NCBI GenBank assembly: GCA_016840425.1
Contig: JAEOSI010000088.1
Coordinates: forward strand, 1 to 8,303
Direction of reading: 5' to 3'
DNA: 8,303 nucleotides
DNA from: Candidatus Wukongarchaeum yapensis
Lineage (GTDB): Archaea; Asgardarchaeota; Wukongarchaeia; Wukongarchaeales; Wukongarchaeaceae
Numbering within the stretch: the stretch's first letter is position 1; every line of letters starts with the position of its first letter. The notes under the pieces were generated by a model. That model did no database searches. It was given only the letters and a program-made list of their open reading frames with translations, and was not told the DNA's origin. This document shows, one piece after another, positions 5,781 to 8,303 of the stretch. The position numbers and the translations under genes were made by a program.

Positions 5781-6041
5781 ATGACTGATATGAAAATTTT
5801 CAGGGTTATTGGCACTTACCGGGATGTAAGGAACGGTTTTACACAAGCTTTTAAGTTTGAATTAAGGGCTTTAAAAGAGAAAGAAGCTAAGGAGAAAGTT
5901 TGTTCAGAATTAGGGTCTAAACACCGTATTAGTAGGCGTTTTATTAATATTGAACGAGTAGAGGTTGTAGGAGATCCTTCAGAAGTTGAAAACTCAATGA
6001 TTCAATATTTTGCTTCTGAAAATGCTAAAATAATTAGATAG
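5781..6041 (+). CDS. rpl18a: 50S ribosomal protein eL20 (L18a/LX)
   Basis: MKIFRVIG...F..ELRALKEKEAKEKVCSELGSKHRISRRFINIERVE matches archaeal LX. It lies between eif6 and pfdA. The start may be ATG 5781 or 5790. Confidence 0.95.
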   Translation: MTDMKIFRVIGTYRDVRNGFTQAFKFELRALKEKEAKEKVCSELGSKHRISRRFINIERVEVVGDPSEVENSMIQYFASENAKIIR

Positions 6042-6058
6042 AGAGAGCGTGATGAAAA

Positions 6059-6490
6059 TTGTCTAAAGAAGAAGAACTTAGGCAACTTATGACCCAAATA
6101 AGCGCGGTGGAATATCAAATAAGTTTTTTACAGCAACAGTTCGCCTCTTTAACGGAAAGAATTGCAGAGTTAAGAGTTTCTTTAAGTACCCTTAACAGCA
6201 TACAAAAGACAAAAGACGAGGATATTCTGCTTCCTGTTGGGGGAAGTGTTTATGCTTTTGGAAAACTTATGGATAATTCTAGAGTCATAATAGGGCTTGG
6301 AGCGAACATCTTTGCTGAAAAGGGAATAGATGAGGCAATAAAAGACATAAACGAAAGACAATTAGAGATGGAGAGACTTCAAAAACAGATGAGACAACAA
6401 CTTGAGCAACTTCAAGAAAACTTAACAGCTTTAAGAATTAAAGCGCAAAATCTAGCAAACCAACTCAGACAACAAGGAGGAGGAATGTAA
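6059..6490 (+). CDS. pfdA: Prefoldin alpha subunit
   Basis: Coiled coil, then a beta-hairpin core ILLPVGGSVY...VIIGLGANIFAEK..DEA, then a second coiled coil. Synteny is LX-pfdA-ftsY. Start is TTG, with an in-frame TGA at 6053. Confidence 0.96.
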   Translation: MSKEEELRQLMTQISAVEYQISFLQQQFASLTERIAELRVSLSTLNSIQKTKDEDILLPVGGSVYAFGKLMDNSRVIIGLGANIFAEKGIDEAIKDINERQLEMERLQKQMRQQLEQLQENLTALRIKAQNLANQLRQQGGGM

Positions 6491-6517
6491 GCTTAAAAGC
6501 AGAAAAGCTTAAAAACC

Positions 6518-6553
6518 CCTTACCTCCTTCTTAAAATCCTTACCTCTTTCTTA
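6518..6553. repeat. Tandem direct repeat CCTTACCTC(C/T)TTCTTA x2, 20-bp period
   Basis: 6518-6533 is CCTTACCTCCTTCTTA and 6538-6553 is CCTTACCTCTTTCTTA (15/16 identical), in the pfdA-ftsY spacer. Confidence 0.9.
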
Positions 6554-6585
6554 TTCAGGTTAAACATGGTTTTAGAGGGAAAAAA

Positions 6586-7479
6586 TTGTTTGAGAAAATT
6601 AAGTCATCGTTTAATAAGCTTACAACTAAGGAGCTTACTGACAAGAATATGGATGAGGCTTTTTGGGATCTACAGCTTTCTCTTTTGCAGAGTGACGTAG
6701 CCCTCGAGGTAGCGGAAGCAATAACTGAAAAAGTAAAGGAGAAACTAAAGGGTAAAAGAGTTGGTAGGTTTACTGACTTGAAAACTTTGCTAGAAGAGGC
6801 TCTTAGGGAGAGTATAAAGGAGATTTTGACCCCTAAATCGAGCATAGAAATCCTTGCCTTGGCTGAAGAAAATAAGGGGAAAAAAGAGCCGTTGGTGATA
6901 GTTTTTTTAGGAGTAAACGGTACCGGTAAAACTACCACCATCGCTAAAATTGGTCGAATGTTAAAGAAGAAGGGGTACAATGTTGTTTTTGCGGCAAGCG
7001 ATACTTTTCGCGCTGGTAGTATAGAACAGCTCGAGGAACATGGGCGTAGAACGGGTATAAGGGTTATTAGGCACGATTATGGCGGAGATTCTGCAGCGGT
7101 GGCTTATGACGCGATACAGCACGCGATGGCAAAAGGGGTGGATGTAGTTTTAATAGATACCGCTGGAAGGATGCAGACAGATAAAAACTTGCTTGAAGAA
7201 GTAAATAAGATAGTCAGGGTTTCGAATCCTAAGCTAACAATTTTTGTGGGGGATGCTCTTGCTGGTAATGACGCTGTTGAACAGGCGAAAAAGTTTAATG
7301 AGGCAGTAGGTTTTGACGCCGTTATCTTAGCAAAAGTTGATGCTGACTCTAAGGGAGGAGCCGCTCTTTCGATAACTTTTGCCACAGAAAAACCTATCAT
7401 TGCTGTAGGTACTGGTCAAAAATATGATGATTTGGCTTCATTTAGCCCTGAATGGTTTCTAAGCAAAATCTTAGATTAG
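6586..7479 (+). CDS. ftsY: Signal recognition particle receptor FtsY (NG domain, no long acidic N-domain)
   Basis: MFEKIK N-terminus, LLQSDVA, GVNGTGKTTT (G1), DTFRAG, DTAGR (G3), AKVDAD.KGG (G4 and beyond), and GTGQKYDDL. TTG start follows GAGGGA at 6575-6580. Confidence 0.98.
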   Translation: MFEKIKSSFNKLTTKELTDKNMDEAFWDLQLSLLQSDVALEVAEAITEKVKEKLKGKRVGRFTDLKTLLEEALRESIKEILTPKSSIEILALAEENKGKKEPLVIVFLGVNGTGKTTTIAKIGRMLKKKGYNVVFAASDTFRAGSIEQLEEHGRRTGIRVIRHDYGGDSAAVAYDAIQHAMAKGVDVVLIDTAGRMQTDKNLLEEVNKIVRVSNPKLTIFVGDALAGNDAVEQAKKFNEAVGFDAVILAKVDADSKGGAALSITFATEKPIIAVGTGQKYDDLASFSPEWFLSKILD

Positions 7480-7490
7480 CCGGCTAAGAG

Positions 7491-7537
7491 TTTTATAAAA
7501 AGGTTTAAACGCGTTTTAAAAATTTTGAACCGGAGGT
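7491..7537 (+). promoter_or_regulatory. Putative TATA box (TTTTATAAAA) and Shine-Dalgarno (GGAGGT) for argF
   Basis: TTTTATAAAA is at 7491-7500. GGAGGT at 7532-7537 lies 7 nt before TTG 7545. The SD is clear; the promoter is inferred. Confidence 0.5.
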
Positions 7538-7544
7538 AAAGCTT

Positions 7545-8303
7545 TTGGTTAGTCTTAAAGGGAAAAATTTTTTGACTCTTCAAGATTTTTCCCCAGAAGA
7601 ACTCCATTTACTCCTTGAGACCGCTAAGGATTTTAAAAGGAAGCTAAAGAGAGGAGAACCCCACGAAATTTTAAAAGGAAAATCCTTAGCCATGGTATTT
7701 CAAAAACCCTCCCTAAGAACAAGGGTATCTTTTGAGGTTGGAATGCAACAACTTGGGGGGCATGCAATCTACCTTGGACCAAGCGACATAAAGTTAGGAA
7801 AAAGGGAGACTATAGGAGATGGTGCAAGGACATTAAGCCGTTATGTCGACGGAATAATGGCGAGGGTTTTTGCCCACTCAGACGTGGAAGAACTTGCAGA
7901 ATATGCAACCGTGCCTGTAATAAACGGTTTGTCGGATCTTTTACATCCTTGTCAAGGGTTGGGGGATCTTTTAACGGTTTGGGAGAAAAAAGGAAAGCTT
8001 AAAGGATTAAAACTAGCCTTTATAGGCGACGGTAACAACGTTTGTAATTCTCTGCTTTTTGGTTGTTCAAAACTCGGCATTAACATAAGTGTTGGTTGCC
8101 CGAAAAAATACGAACCTCCAAAAGAAATCGTGGAAAAGGCTTTAGAAAATGCGGAAAAATCTGGGGCAAAAATAGAGGTTTTAACCTCGCCAGAAGACGC
8201 TGTTAGGGAAGCAGACGTTATTTACACTGATGTCTTTGTGAGTATGGGTTTTGAAAAGGAAAGAGAAGAGCGTATAAAACTGTTTCTTCCAAAGTACCAA
8301 GTT
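7545..8303 (+). CDS. argF: Ornithine carbamoyltransferase, 5' part; partial, runs off the window and is absent from the ORF track
   Basis: Manual translation from TTG 7545 gives 253 codons with no stop: MVSLKGKNFLTLQDFSPEE...LAMVFQKPSLRTRVSFEVGM..LGGHA...ETIGDGARTLSRYVDGIMARV...VPVINGLSDLLHPCQ...GDGNNV...ADVIYTDVFVSMG. The SxRT, HPCQ and DxxxSMG motifs define OTCase. Confidence 0.97.
   Translation, partial: MVSLKGKNFLTLQDFSPEELHLLLETAKDFKRKLKRGEPHEILKGKSLAMVFQKPSLRTRVSFEVGMQQLGGHAIYLGPSDIKLGKRETIGDGARTLSRYVDGIMARVFAHSDVEELAEYATVPVINGLSDLLHPCQGLGDLLTVWEKKGKLKGLKLAFIGDGNNVCNSLLFGCSKLGINISVGCPKKYEPPKEIVEKALENAEKSGAKIEVLTSPEDAVREADVIYTDVFVSMGFEKEREERIKLFLPKYQV

Noticed and set aside
373-7400. 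Shadow ORFs in the track: 373-588(-), 1221-1409(-), 1240-1431(+), 1944-2147(-), 2783-3001(-), 3852-4097(+), 4780-4968(-), 5167-5373(-), 5604-5846(-), 6555-6980(-), 7104-7400(-)
   Set aside because: Each overlaps a confidently identified gene in another frame or strand and shows no recognisable motif.
6586-7479. FtsY lacks a long acidic N-terminal domain and has AKVD for TKxD
   Set aside because: NG-only FtsY is common in archaea and many bacteria, and a single G4 substitution is not enough evidence of altered function.
7707-7722. ArgF carbamoyl-phosphate motif SLRT instead of STRT, as in some N-acyl-ornithine transcarbamylases
   Set aside because: SxRT varies among true OTCases, and the ornithine-binding DxxxSMG loop and HPCQ are intact, so ordinary OTCase is the simpler call.

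Overview
AT-rich archaeal DNA, probably from a thermophile; a TACK- or Asgard-like lineage is inferred, not shown. The backbone is the conserved archaeal translation cluster yhbY-rps19e-PDCD5-like-rpl39e // rpl31e-eif6-rpl18a(LX)-pfdA-ftsY. It is bracketed by two arginine-pathway genes cut by the window edges: the carA 3' end and the argF 5' part. rpl39e and argF are missing from the supplied ORF track. The normally adjacent rpl39e and rpl31e are separated by about 2.9 kb carrying two convergent Cys-cluster genes: a cobalamin-binding radical SAM enzyme (GDGT ring synthase-like by motif recall) and a YkgJ/CxxCxxCC protein with an unrecognised ~195-aa C-terminal region. Notable sequence-level signals are: (1) 8 of 12 genes with a visible 5' end start at TTG or GTG; (2) short ORFs bridge intergenic gaps through ATGA/TGATG start-stop overlaps; (3) a tandem anti-Shine-Dalgarno-like repeat precedes ftsY; (4) a four-GGG-tract motif lies in the convergent gap; (5) a chain of palindromes precedes argF. 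I found no tRNA, rRNA, CRISPR array or mobile element.
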